Positions 18,452-28,774 of a stretch of DNA of 64,000 nt are shown piece after piece. The position numbers and the translations under genes are program-made. The stretch comes from Gloeobacterales cyanobacterium. Its GTDB lineage: Bacteria; Cyanobacteriota; Cyanobacteriia; Gloeobacterales; PMM-0068. Position 1 is the stretch's first letter. The number at the start of each line of letters is the position of its first letter. The DNA is taken from positions 1 through 64,000 of the forward strand of contig JBBRSB010000012.1 in assembly GCA_038245785.1 (NCBI GenBank), given 5' to 3'. The notes under the pieces were generated by a model. The model did not search any database. It had not been told where the DNA came from and saw nothing but the letters and a program-made list of their open reading frames with translations.

Positions 18452-21400
18452 CTAGCCAACCGTAATTCCTTCCAAGACTTCGTCAGATTGTTCGTAGAGC
18501 CCTTGGAGTTTTTCTAAGGTGACTTCATCCGGTTTCCAGAAACCTCGGCCATGAGCTTCTAGCATTCTGCCGACGATATTGCGGAAAGCTTCTGGATTGG
18601 CTTTCTGTAGTTTTTTTGCCATCTCGGCATCCAGGGCATAGGTTTCGGCCGACTGGTCATAGACCCATTCATCTTTGAAATCGACCGTTCCACCCCAGCC
18701 GACCAGGGCTGTCATCCGCTGGGAGATTTCGAAAGCTCCACCAGAGCCCTGATTGGCCATTGCTTCAGCCCATTTAGGGTTCAGCAGTTTTGAGCGGTAT
18801 TCCAGACGCAGGAGGTCTTCCAGTTTGCGAGGCGTGGTGTCCTTGGAGAAGCTTTCGATAAAGCTCGTGGCGATCGGTGCGCGAGGCGCATGGCCATGCG
18901 CCCTTACGAGCTCTGCGGCGCGTTTGAGGCCCCCAGTGTTGGCGTAGTACTCCTGGATGTCGGTGAGACCATATTCTACGGAGTCGATTTCTTGGACGAT
19001 GTGGTCCGTAGTCTGTAGTAGGGTTTTGAGGATTTCGGGACGGGCTTGACCTTTGTCTTTACGGCCATAGCTAAAGGTATTGCGTCCCTGCCAGGTCTGG
19101 CCTAGTTCTTCCCCGGATTCCCAATTGGAAGATACTACTTGGTCATTTACCAAAGAACCGAAGTCTCCAGCAGGATTGGAGAACAGACGAGCGGTAGGAT
19201 TCTCTACGCCTTGTGCTTTGAGGGCAAGGGCATGTTTGCGAATGAAATTCTCGGTTTCAGGCTCATCAGCTTCTGCAGCTCGTTGGAATAGATCATCCAA
19301 AAGTTCGAGGATATTGACAAAACTATCTCGGAAAATACCCGATAGATTAGCCAGTACGTCAATTCGGGGATGGTCTAGCTCTGAGAGCGGTTTCAGGCCA
19401 TAGCGGACAATCCGGCCCGTACCTTCTTTCATCGGTTCTGCTCCCACCAGCTCCAAGAGAATGCCTAGAGATTCACCCTTCGTTTTGATCGCATCCAATC
19501 CCCACAGCATCACCGCAACTGTCTCAGGATAGGAACCCTGCTCAACCTGATGTTGAACCAAAATTTTTCGGGCCACTGCTCGGCCTCGTTCAAAGGCCGC
19601 AGGGGAAGGCATACGGTAGGGGTCTAGAGCATGAATATTCCGGCCTGTGGGCAGAACGCCAGGACCATCGCGTAACAGGTCGCCCCCAGGTGCAGGAAGA
19701 ATATATTCTCCATTCAGTCCTCGCAATAAATTCGTCAACTCATCGGTGGTTTGCGTGAGCAGGTCTCTAATCTGTAAGGCTTCCTCTAGCTTGGGCGTTT
19801 TTCCGTTGAGTTCAAACTGTTGGTGGATGCGCGCACTGTCTGTACCTGCCGCAATTTCTGTGATTAAGGATTCTGGTAATTCTTCTCCAAAATAGGCGTT
19901 TAGATAGCCCTTCAGTTCTTCGGCATCCGGTGGTTGACCGAGAATGTGTAAACCTGAGGAGAATAGACGGTCTTCGAGGACCTGCAAGTACTCGTAAAGC
20001 TTTACTAGATAGTTATCAAAGGCATGGGCACTAAAGAGGTGCATATTCTCTTGTGTAAAAGCAATGCCCAAGTGCCGAGCCTCTTCAAAAGGACAATCTT
20101 CCTCTAATCCCGTATCGATAATTTTTTTAAGAATCGCTTCTTTGAGGACGTAATTTTTCTCAGGGTCTTCTCGATATTCAGCCATCAAATCTCGAAGGGT
20201 GACTAACTCTTTGTAAAGCCCCGCCCGCCCATAGGGTGGAACATTATGGGAAATCAAAACCCCGTAGCCCCGACGCTTGGCCAACATCGACTCTGAGGGA
20301 TTATTCGCCGCGTAGATATAGAGATTTGGCAAATTTCCCAAAAGAATATCGGGCCAGGAATAGCCTGTATTGCCCAAGGGAGCACCTGGAAGCCACTCAA
20401 AAGTGCCATGCATCCCGAAGTGAACCACTGCATCAGCCTTGAATCCATGCTGTAGCCATTGGTAAAAAGCGGCGTATTGGGGATGGGGCGTGAGGTCGCG
20501 TTCAAACATCAAGCGCATCGGGTCGCCCAGAATACCTAGGGGAGGCTGTACCCCAATCCAGACATTGCCTAGCTGCACACCGCCTAAAAGAAACTGGTCA
20601 CCATAGGTCTTGATGCCTGAAGCTGTCAGCGGTCCCCAATATTTTTCGATGCGATGGGAGCGGAGATAACCCAGCCACTTTTCTAGAGTCCGGGCATTGA
20701 CCATTGCTCGAACAGGCTCTCCTTCTCTAGAAGGCACCGTAGATTCATCTGCTTCTCTAATTCGGTTAATTAAGTCTTCTCCATTCTCAGGAATATCGCC
20801 CACATCGTAGCCTTGCTCTTTGAGGGCATGGAGAAATTTCACCAGCGATTTGGGGACATTGAGCAGAGCCGCTGTTCCCGTTGCTCCATAGCCCGGAGGA
20901 AATCCATAGAGCACCACCGCAATCTGCCTTTTGGCGGGAGGCTTCTGTCTGAGGGAAATCCAGTGATTGAGTCGTCCAGTCAGACGCGCGGCCCGTTCGG
21001 GAATGAGATAAATTTTTTCTCCAACCAAACCACCAAGCGGCACCGGATCGATTGCTCCATCGAGTTCTGGCAGCGCATACAAGACCACACTCTGTAAACC
21101 GCCAATGCCCTGGCGCGTCCAGGAATGAATGTCTTGAATCAACAACGGCGCAGAAACTAGATAGGGCACATTCTTGGCTCCAAGAATTCGCTTTGCTACT
21201 TCTACCTGTCGGCCTGCTTCCATCGAACCAGCAGGGCCACCGACCAAAGGAAAACCAATCGTAGAGACAATCGCATGAACCTTAGCGGCTTCGGTCGAAA
21301 GTGATTTAAGTTCTGCCTTGCCTTGCTTACGTTGAGCGATTTCATGGTCCGTTGTCATCCAATCACGAACCGCCACATGCCCTTCCACGCCGTTGATAAA

Positions 21401-22204
21401 GATGGGCAAGGGAATGATCTCATCCTCTTCAAAACGGCGAATCAATTGGGGAATATAAGGCTGCTCAGTAATCACATGCTTGCGATAGAGCAAAATTCCA
21501 GTTACAGGCCAGTCTTTCGTTTCTGGTTTGGCTTGGTGATACCACTGGATATATTGTTTGGGAGATTCAAAGTAACCGGAATAATCAGGATGCAACAATC
21601 CCATGTTGGGAATGGTTATGGGCTCCGGAATTTTCCCCACTTTCAGTCCCAAATACTCTTCGGCTAGGACCCAGAACAAAGCGGCTACATTATTTGTGCC
21701 CCCTGCATTCCAGTAGCCGTAGATAACCAGCCAATTGCGCAGATCCTGTACTTTCTTTCCCGGAATAAATTTAAGTAGTTTGGGGCCAATTTTCAAAAAG
21801 CTGAGATAGCCCGCCAATCGGTCTTCCTCGCGTCCTTGGCTAAATTTATCGAGAATGAACTTAATCGGTGCAGGCATACCCTTCAGTTGAGCCCCGATCG
21901 CAAAAGCGCCCAACTGAGTCATGCTCATCAGCTCCAGGGCTGATTCAAAAATCAGGCGAATCGGAATCGTCGCCATCTGCTCTCTCAGCCAAAGCACTTG
22001 GTCGTAGTCAAAAAGTAGACTGCCAAAAAATACCTGAGCATCCTGGAGGGCTGCTTCTACAGCCTTTGGGTCGCTCGTGATGTCCCGGTCACTGAACACC
22101 TGAATATCTAATTCCGGGCAGCGCTTCTGGGCAAACCGGGCGGCCTCACGATACAACCCTGCGTTAAAGGATTCAAACCCTGCAATCAAAACGATACGTT
22201 TCAT
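18452..22204 (-). CDS. bchH: Magnesium chelatase subunit H (BchH/ChlH-type)
   Basis: HFGMHGT, YAANNPSE, LPTGRNIHALDP, SKLLNPKW. Confidence 0.9.
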   Translation of the reverse strand: MKRIVLIAGFESFNAGLYREAARFAQKRCPELDIQVFSDRDITSDPKAVEAALQDAQVFFGSLLFDYDQVLWLREQMATIPIRLIFESALELMSMTQLGAFAIGAQLKGMPAPIKFILDKFSQGREEDRLAGYLSFLKIGPKLLKFIPGKKVQDLRNWLVIYGYWNAGGTNNVAALFWVLAEEYLGLKVGKIPEPITIPNMGLLHPDYSGYFESPKQYIQWYHQAKPETKDWPVTGILLYRKHVITEQPYIPQLIRRFEEDEIIPLPIFINGVEGHVAVRDWMTTDHEIAQRKQGKAELKSLSTEAAKVHAIVSTIGFPLVGGPAGSMEAGRQVEVAKRILGAKNVPYLVSAPLLIQDIHSWTRQGIGGLQSVVLYALPELDGAIDPVPLGGLVGEKIYLIPERAARLTGRLNHWISLRQKPPAKRQIAVVLYGFPPGYGATGTAALLNVPKSLVKFLHALKEQGYDVGDIPENGEDLINRIREADESTVPSREGEPVRAMVNARTLEKWLGYLRSHRIEKYWGPLTASGIKTYGDQFLLGGVQLGNVWIGVQPPLGILGDPMRLMFERDLTPHPQYAAFYQWLQHGFKADAVVHFGMHGTFEWLPGAPLGNTGYSWPDILLGNLPNLYIYAANNPSESMLAKRRGYGVLISHNVPPYGRAGLYKELVTLRDLMAEYREDPEKNYVLKEAILKKIIDTGLEEDCPFEEARHLGIAFTQENMHLFSAHAFDNYLVKLYEYLQVLEDRLFSSGLHILGQPPDAEELKGYLNAYFGEELPESLITEIAAGTDSARIHQQFELNGKTPKLEEALQIRDLLTQTTDELTNLLRGLNGEYILPAPGGDLLRDGPGVLPTGRNIHALDPYRMPSPAAFERGRAVARKILVQHQVEQGSYPETVAVMLWGLDAIKTKGESLGILLELVGAEPMKEGTGRIVRYGLKPLSELDHPRIDVLANLSGIFRDSFVNILELLDDLFQRAAEADEPETENFIRKHALALKAQGVENPTARLFSNPAGDFGSLVNDQVVSSNWESGEELGQTWQGRNTFSYGRKDKGQARPEILKTLLQTTDHIVQEIDSVEYGLTDIQEYYANTGGLKRAAELVRAHGHAPRAPIATSFIESFSKDTTPRKLEDLLRLEYRSKLLNPKWAEAMANQGSGGAFEISQRMTALVGWGGTVDFKDEWVYDQSAETYALDAEMAKKLQKANPEAFRNIVGRMLEAHGRGFWKPDEVTLEKLQGLYEQSDEVLEGITVG

Positions 22205-22328
22205 AGGCGATTGCCGTGTTCTACTTCCCCGATCTTATCTAGGAATCCAGGAAGCGGCCTGCTATTGTTCAATCCAGACCCCAGATGAGGTAGGCACCTC
22301 GCTGCCGACCACACAAAAGGACACAAAA

Positions 22329-22808
22329 ATGATTCGTGAAACCAGATCCGACGACTCAGCTGCACTTCTCGCGATAGTTGGGAGTAGCGGCCAGTTCGAC
22401 GCCAACGGTCTTGCGCACGTTAAAGAAACGTTGGCTAACTACCTTGAAGGAAAAAGTGAAGATCTCTGGTTCACCGCTGACGACGATGAACCGATAGGAG
22501 TCGCTTACTGTGCACCAGAGCCAGTTACAGACGGGACATGGAATTTGCTCATGCTCTGGACAAGGCATGATCGGCACGGCCAAGGCCATGGTTCCGCTCT
22601 CGTTAGCCATGTAGAAAAGGTACTTGCCGAGCGAGGAGTACGTTTATTGATTGTAGAAACATCTGGCTCAGCTGACTTCGAGACCGCACGAGCGTTTTAT
22701 AACCGTTGTGGCTTCACGAAGGAGGCGCGAATCCAAGATTTCTTCGCTGCTGGCGACGACAAAATTGTCTATACCAAGCCACTTTCAAGAAAGAGCACAG
22801 CAGGCTAA
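22329..22808 (+). CDS. GNAT acetyltransferase
   Basis: HGQGHGSAL, VETSG...ARAFYNRCGF. Confidence 0.85.
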   Translation: MIRETRSDDSAALLAIVGSSGQFDANGLAHVKETLANYLEGKSEDLWFTADDDEPIGVAYCAPEPVTDGTWNLLMLWTRHDRHGQGHGSALVSHVEKVLAERGVRLLIVETSGSADFETARAFYNRCGFTKEARIQDFFAAGDDKIVYTKPLSRKSTAG

Positions 22809-22964
22809 AAAGTCGTTCCGGAAGGTTGTTGTCCTGCGTACTCAACGCATGGATCGCACACTTGGCTCGTGGCAATATATCCGGGACAGATTAATCTAGC
22901 AAATAAGCGTAAGCAGATCTGATGCGACCCAGAAAAGAAAGGCATTGACCTAATAAATGGTTTT

Positions 22965-23597
22965 ATGATTCGTCCCGCCATGCCCCGCAAACTACTATTT
23001 CTTCCAGGCGCTTCGGGCAACACCCAGTTTTGGCGGCCGGTTGCCGATCTACTTAGTTACTCAGCAGAAAAAACTCATCTGGGTTGGCCGGGGTTGGGCT
23101 CCACCCCAACTGATCCAAGCATTAATGGCATACATGGCCTTGTAGCCAGGGTCGTAGCCCAAATCGATCGCCCTACCGCGCTTATTGCACAGTCAATGGG
23201 TGGCGTCATTGCTATACGTGCCGCCCTGGAAAGGCCAGACCGTATAACGCATCTTGTTTTGACAGTGACCTCTGGCGGTGTAGATATTTCAGACCTTGGC
23301 GCATAAGACTGGCGACCATTGTTCCATGAATCACATCCGTCGCTGCCTCGCTGGCTCTCAGACTACAACGAGAACCTGGAGCCTAAGCTCCCAAAAATCA
23401 CCGCGCCGACACTGCTCCTCTGGGGCGATGCCGATCCGATCAGCCCTATCAGCGTCGGTCAACGATTGGCATCATTGCTACCGAACGCCAAATTGCATAT
23501 TCTCCCTGGTGGAAACCACGATCTGGCAAGCGTGTTCGCCCATAAGGTTGCGCCGCTCATCAACGAGCATCTTTCCAAGCGCAGTTTCAATTTCTAA
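22965..23597 (+). pseudogene. Alpha/beta hydrolase interrupted by an in-frame TAA (23304-23306)
   Basis: AQSMGG nucleophile before the stop; PTLLLWGDADP and GGNH continue in the same frame after it. Confidence 0.8.
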
Positions 23598-23888
23598 ACA
23601 CAATGAAAAAGTGTCTCTATCTTTTTGCTTTTGAGCTAAGTTGCTATCTACAAATGTATTTAGCTCATCAAAGATAAACTTTATGTCTTCATCAAAATTG
23701 GTATGGTTCATAGCAAAACCTCACAGAGAAAGAACTTCTATGCAGGTATAACCTGTATAGATTTAAATTACGTTTATGGCCAGCGACATGGCAGGCAATC
23801 CTCAGATCAAGTGCATCAACACTCAGCTAAAATAAGGCAGTGTTGTCTAACCAGGCTAGGGTTTCAGTGGTTCTCTAGGGTAAAAATT

Positions 23889-24107
23889 ATGTTAGATGAA
23901 GCAACGCTTGAACGTCGATTGGCAACCCTGGAGCAGGAAGTTGCTGAACTTAAACACAAATTGGGTAGTGATGTAGCCTCCAGCAACTGGCTCAACAAAC
24001 TGATTGGCTCAGTCTCTGACGAACCTGCTTTTCTTGAAGCTCTTGAATATGGGCGTTCTTTTCGTCAAGCTGATAAACCTGCTGACGAGAGCGACGAACA
24101 AGCGTGA
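23889..24107 (+). CDS. Putative antitoxin (VapB position)
   Basis: 72 aa, coiled-coil LERRLATLEQEVAELK, acidic tail; GTGA overlap with the PIN gene. Confidence 0.7.
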   Translation: MLDEATLERRLATLEQEVAELKHKLGSDVASSNWLNKLIGSVSDEPAFLEALEYGRSFRQADKPADESDEQA

Positions 24108-24532
24108 GATACTTGCTCGACACTGACCACATTAGCTTCTTACAAAGGCGTTCATGCTCAGAGTTTACAAACTTAGTCGCTCGGATTGCCCGACGCTCCC
24201 CCGCAGATTTTGCTTTGTGCGTTGTCAGTTTTCATGAGCAAGTTCTTGGTGCTCATACCTTTATCAATCGTGCCCAAACCAAGGCTGACGTAATTCGTGG
24301 ATATACATTACTGCTAGAGACGTTTCAGGGATTTTCATCGGCTCCCGTGCTACCTTTCGATGCTGTAGCAATCGAAGTTTTTGATAAATTGCGGACACAG
24401 AAGATTCGTATATCGACCATGGATTTACGAATAGCAGCAATCTCACTTTCGCGAAATTTAGTGCTCCTAACCCGAAACATTAAAGACTTCAGCAAAGTGC
24501 CAGGATTAGTGATAGAGGATTGGACATCTTGA
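24104..24532 (+). CDS. vapC: VapC family PIN toxin
   Basis: YLLDTD, E, MDLRIAA, TRNIKDF. Confidence 0.9.
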   Translation: MRYLLDTDHISFLQRRSCSEFTNLVARIARRSPADFALCVVSFHEQVLGAHTFINRAQTKADVIRGYTLLLETFQGFSSAPVLPFDAVAIEVFDKLRTQKIRISTMDLRIAAISLSRNLVLLTRNIKDFSKVPGLVIEDWTS

Positions 24533-24811
24533 TGTTTGCAGGTTGTGTTGTGCTCTAGTCTCCATTCATTAGTTCCCTGCCAATAAACATATAATCTGGA
24601 GTAGAAAAAAAGCTAATGCAAATTAGCCCAATTTTAGCCCAATCCCCTATCCTTAATTAATCTGTCGTTATATCTATAACTACTTCCTGGAGGAGCATCT
24701 GGGCTTTAGATAGCTATGGTTGCGGACAAAGAAATGAATTATCCCAATTAATGCAAAAAGCACCACTTTTGAGAGTGCTGCTAATGGCTGAAACTGTATC
24801 CTGGAAAGGCT

Positions 24812-24884
24812 TACGCCCGGTTGGATTCGAACCAACGACCTACCGCTTAGAAGGCGGTTGCTCTATCCACTGAGCTACGGGCGC
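24812..24884 (-). tRNA. tRNA-Arg (TCT)
   Basis: GCGCCCG/CGGGCGT acceptor stem, AGCTCAGTGGATAGAGC D arm, ACCGC-CTTCTAA-GCGGT anticodon arm, GGTTCGAATCC T arm; no encoded CCA. Confidence 0.97.
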
Positions 24885-24896
24885 ACGTTCTTCATC

Positions 24897-25955
24897 TTAC
24901 GGCAGACGCAGGGCTTGTTGAAGACGAGAAAGAAAACAGTTGTTTTCGGCAGGAGTTCCTATGGTGGCGCGCAAGCCACCGCCCGTCGCTCGGATAAGGG
25001 TACCTTGCTGCCATAACTCCTTGTATATCTGCTGTGCACTGTGATCCAGACAGCGAAAGTAATGAAAATTAGCGGTGGAAGGCCAAACTTTCACCCCTGT
25101 TAGTTGTTGGAGACGCTGGAAGACGCGGGTTCGTTCTTTTTTGATTTCTTCTAAGGCTGCCAAAAGTTCGGTTCGGTTATCCAGGGCGAGTAACGCTGCT
25201 AATTCGCTTATGGAAGGAAGATTGTAGGGTAGGCGGACCTTCTCTAGGGCTTGTATAACTATCGGAGTAGCTAGAACATAGCCAACGCGATAGGCAGCAA
25301 GCCGAAAAGCCTTTGAGAATGTGCGCATCACCACCAGATTCGGATGATGAGCCAGTCGGGATACTAGATTCATATCCGCAAACTCAAAATAGGCTTCATC
25401 CAAAACTACTAAAGTCTCAGGCCCAATCTGGAGCAGCTTTTCTAGCTCTTGGGGTGTCAGGGCTGTCCCAGTCGGAGAGTTGGGTGTGGGCAGAAAGACA
25501 ACACGAATCGGATGCTCTCTGAGCACATCCTCTAGACGGTCCAGATCTAGATGGAAATCATCGTCCCGGCCAATATCAAAGCAAGGAACGCCTAAAGTTT
25601 GAGCTACCAAGCGATAAACAGAGAAAGTAGGGTCTGCCACGAGAACAGCTCCCCGGTTTTCTAAACAGGTCGCAATAATCAAAGAACGGATCAGCTCATC
25701 GGAGCCATTGCCAATAGAAACTTGGTTTGCTTCCACTTGAGCATAGGCGGCGATCGATTGCTTGAGCTTGTGATAACCAGCATCAGGGTAGCGATTCGAC
25801 TGGATTTCCCGCTGGCTGAGGATGTGCAGTTTCTCTTGGAACCAACTGGGCAGGTCATAGGGAAATTCGTTGGCGTCTAGTTTGTCAGCTCCCTGAGGAT
25901 CATGGGTTTCGTAGGCGGCCAGCTGCACAAGACTGGGACGAAGGGCGTCAAGCAT
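24897..25955 (-). CDS. hisC: Histidinol-phosphate aminotransferase
   Basis: KLDANE, GNGSDELI, PNSPTG, DEAY, RTFSKAFRLAAYRVGY. Confidence 0.92.
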   Translation of the reverse strand: MLDALRPSLVQLAAYETHDPQGADKLDANEFPYDLPSWFQEKLHILSQREIQSNRYPDAGYHKLKQSIAAYAQVEANQVSIGNGSDELIRSLIIATCLENRGAVLVADPTFSVYRLVAQTLGVPCFDIGRDDDFHLDLDRLEDVLREHPIRVVFLPTPNSPTGTALTPQELEKLLQIGPETLVVLDEAYFEFADMNLVSRLAHHPNLVVMRTFSKAFRLAAYRVGYVLATPIVIQALEKVRLPYNLPSISELAALLALDNRTELLAALEEIKKERTRVFQRLQQLTGVKVWPSTANFHYFRCLDHSAQQIYKELWQQGTLIRATGGGLRATIGTPAENNCFLSRLQQALRLP

Positions 25956-26098
25956 GGAAATAGGAAAAGGGTAACGGTATAAAGCTTAACGCACCAGGGC
26001 TCTGCGATTATGATTCTGTAAGATCGGAGTCCTATTATTGGCAGACTTCCCAGCTAATATGATTCATGTGATAAGCGTATGGGAACTGAACGGAAAAG

Positions 26099-27244
26099 AT
26101 GACTGAGGAATATGTCCCTGGTTTAGCGGGTGTCCCAGCGACCCGTTCTAACATTAGTTATGTAGATGGACAAAAAGGGCTCTTAGAGTACCGAGGGATT
26201 TCCATCGAGCAACTGGCTGAGCATAGTAGCTTTTTGGAAACCTCCTACCTCTTGATTTTTGGCCATTTGCCGACACATGAAGAGCTGAAAACGTTTACTG
26301 AAGAAGTCCAGAGCCACCGCCAGGTCAAATTTCGCATCCGGGACATGATTAAGTCTTTTCCCGAATCCGGACATCCGATGGATGCACTCCAGTCTTGCGT
26401 GGCAGCCCTAGGAATGTTTTATCCCCTAGGTACTCAGAAAGTAACGGATGAATCCTATATTCGAGAGGCAGCGGTTCGCCTATTGGCAAAACTGCCGACG
26501 ATGGTAGCAATGTTTCATCGAATGCGTCAGGGCGATGACCCGATTTTGCCCAGAGATGACTTGGACCATAGCGCCAATTTCCTCTATATGCTCACAGGGA
26601 AGGAACCTTCCCTGGAAGCGGCCCGCGTCTTTGATGTCTGCTTGATTCTCCATGCAGAACACACTGTCAATGCCTCTACTTTTTGCTCCTTAGTCACAGC
26701 CTCAACCTTGGCTGATCCCTACACAGTGATTACTGCCGCCATTGGAACGCTGTCCGGCCCTTTGCATGGCGGTGCCAACGAAGAAGTGGTAGCGATGTTG
26801 CATCAGATTAGTTCTCCGGAGAAAGCGCTGAGTTTTCTGAAAGAGCGCCTCAAAAATAAAGAGAAAATCATGGGATTGGGCCATCGCGTTTACAAAGTCA
26901 AAGACCCACGGGCTACCGTGCTCCAGACCTTGGCGATGCAGCTTTTCGAAAAGTATGGACATAGTGATTTGTACGATGTGGCCCTGGCGATAGAAGAACA
27001 TGCTCAAGACCTTTTGGCAGAGAAAGGGGTCTATCCCAACATCGACTTCTACAGTGGAATTGTCTATGACAAGATGGGGATCGAGGAAGACCTCTTTGCC
27101 CCCGTATTTGCGATATCGCGGGTAGCTGGCTGGCTGGCCCATTGGCGGGAGCAGTTGGGGGAAAACCGAATTTTTCGACCAACCCAGATCTATACCGGGA
27201 AGAGAGAAATGCCCTATATTCCCTTGGAAGAACGCGTGGATTAG
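26099..27244 (+). CDS. gltA: Citrate synthase
   Basis: LHAEH, GPLHGGANE, MGLGHRVYK, YPNIDFYSG. Confidence 0.95.
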   Translation: MTEEYVPGLAGVPATRSNISYVDGQKGLLEYRGISIEQLAEHSSFLETSYLLIFGHLPTHEELKTFTEEVQSHRQVKFRIRDMIKSFPESGHPMDALQSCVAALGMFYPLGTQKVTDESYIREAAVRLLAKLPTMVAMFHRMRQGDDPILPRDDLDHSANFLYMLTGKEPSLEAARVFDVCLILHAEHTVNASTFCSLVTASTLADPYTVITAAIGTLSGPLHGGANEEVVAMLHQISSPEKALSFLKERLKNKEKIMGLGHRVYKVKDPRATVLQTLAMQLFEKYGHSDLYDVALAIEEHAQDLLAEKGVYPNIDFYSGIVYDKMGIEEDLFAPVFAISRVAGWLAHWREQLGENRIFRPTQIYTGKREMPYIPLEERVD

Positions 27245-27328
27245 TCCTCCCGAACTTTGGCTGTATATCTGGTCTCTAGACATGGTAAAACTTCTGCAGA
27301 AGAGACCTCTCAAGAAAGCCAGGTTTAC

Positions 27329-28048
27329 ATGAAACTGCCCATAAATTCCAGGATTTTGAAAAGTGCTACGCTGTTGCTGTTCTGTTCTGGACTGGCTTTG
27401 ACCCCACCTTCTTTTGCGGAAACTCCGGCGCGCACTTTGACGGTGACGGGGCGGAGTGAAGTGTCTGCTCCAGTGAGCGAAGCCATTATGAATTTGGGGG
27501 TTCAGGTCGAAGGCTCCACCGCCGATAAAGTGCAAGATGAATTGCGCAATAAGGTCAATCGCTTGGTTGAAGTGCTCAAAGCTGCCTCTGTAGAAGGTCT
27601 TAAGACGACGACCGTACAGCTCTATACCCGCTATCGGTCTGTCAAAGATACACAGGTGATCGATGGCTATACAGGACAAAATAGCGTCAGCTTCCGGGTT
27701 CCTGTAGCGAAATCAGGAGAAATTCTCGATGCGGCGGTACGTGCAGGCGCCAATCAAGTCGGTGGCATTCAATTCGATCTCAGTCGTGGCGATTCAGAAA
27801 AAGCGCGGAGTCAGGCTTTGAAACAAGCAGTCCAAGATGCTCAGAGCCAAGCCCAGGTTGTTCTAGAGTCCTTGAGCCTAAAGGTTAAGGAGATTCGGAC
27901 GATCCAGGTTCAAGCTGGAGGCGTAGAACCACCGCGCCCCTATGAAAATCAAATGGCTAAAGCAGCAATGGCTGATTCCGCCCCCACGACTGTAGCTGGT
28001 GGGGACGCTAAGGTATCCGCTTCCGTCACCTTGGAAATTAGTTATTGA
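27329..28048 (+). CDS. SIMPL/DUF541 periplasmic protein
   Basis: Signal peptide, RTLTVTG, LDAAVRAGANQVGGIQF. Confidence 0.85.
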   Translation: MKLPINSRILKSATLLLFCSGLALTPPSFAETPARTLTVTGRSEVSAPVSEAIMNLGVQVEGSTADKVQDELRNKVNRLVEVLKAASVEGLKTTTVQLYTRYRSVKDTQVIDGYTGQNSVSFRVPVAKSGEILDAAVRAGANQVGGIQFDLSRGDSEKARSQALKQAVQDAQSQAQVVLESLSLKVKEIRTIQVQAGGVEPPRPYENQMAKAAMADSAPTTVAGGDAKVSASVTLEISY

Positions 28049-28714
28049 TTACTTCGAAATTCGCTGAGTAGATACCGCTTTTGCAACTTCTGTTTTCTTT
28101 TCAGCCTTAGCCTTGAAGTACTCAATCACCACAGGAATTACGGAAACGAGAATAACAATCGCGATCGCATAGTGGATATTCTTTTCGAAATCAGGAATAG
28201 TTTTACCTAAGAAATAGGCACCCATCGTCAGAGGCCAGATCCAGACAAAGGCTCCTATAACGCTATAGGGAAGAAAACGACGATAGTCCATCTGGGTGAT
28301 GCCAGCCACTACAGGCGTAAACGTGCGGGCAATCGGGATAAATTGCGCTAAGATAATTGCTTTTCCGCCATTCTTTTCATAGAAAGCCTGGGCCTTTTGG
28401 ATGTTCGCTTTCGAGAATAAGAGAGAATCTTCTTTATTAAACAGCGCTGGACCGGCCTTGCGACCGATGAAATAGCCTGTGGAGTTACCCATGATCGAGG
28501 CTGCGGTCAAGGCCAGGCATACCGTCCAAACGTTTAGCAGACCCTGAGAAGCAGCCAGTCCAGCAGCAACTAAAAGGGAATCACCGGGAAGAAAGAACCC
28601 AACCAAGAGTCCAGTTTCGGCAAAGACGATGGCAAAAAGGATGAAAGGTCCACCCCATCGAATTAGGCCTTCGACGTCATAGAGCTGCTTGATCGCTTCT
28701 ATCAGAGATTCCAA
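28049..28714 (-). CDS. dedA: DedA family membrane protein
   Basis: FAETGLLVGFFLPGDSLL, FIPIARTF. Confidence 0.9.
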   Translation of the reverse strand: MESLIEAIKQLYDVEGLIRWGGPFILFAIVFAETGLLVGFFLPGDSLLVAAGLAASQGLLNVWTVCLALTAASIMGNSTGYFIGRKAGPALFNKEDSLLFSKANIQKAQAFYEKNGGKAIILAQFIPIARTFTPVVAGITQMDYRRFLPYSVIGAFVWIWPLTMGAYFLGKTIPDFEKNIHYAIAIVILVSVIPVVIEYFKAKAEKKTEVAKAVSTQRISK

Positions 28715-28774
28715 CGTACTTCCTCCACCCAGATGTAGATATTCTTAATCTAGCTTAAAGTTTCAGTGCGAACG

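Noticed and set aside
23703..23888. N-terminal extension of the 134-aa antitoxin ORF
   Set aside because: Looks non-coding; ATG at 23889 gives a typical antitoxin size
22805..23897. Integron attC-like cores (GGCTAAAAAGTCG near 22803; GTCTAAC...GTTAGAT at 23845-23897)
   Set aside because: No internal L-box palindrome, too short or degenerate, and no integrase
26702..27679. 325-aa minus-strand ORF
   Set aside because: Antisense shadow of gltA and the SIMPL gene
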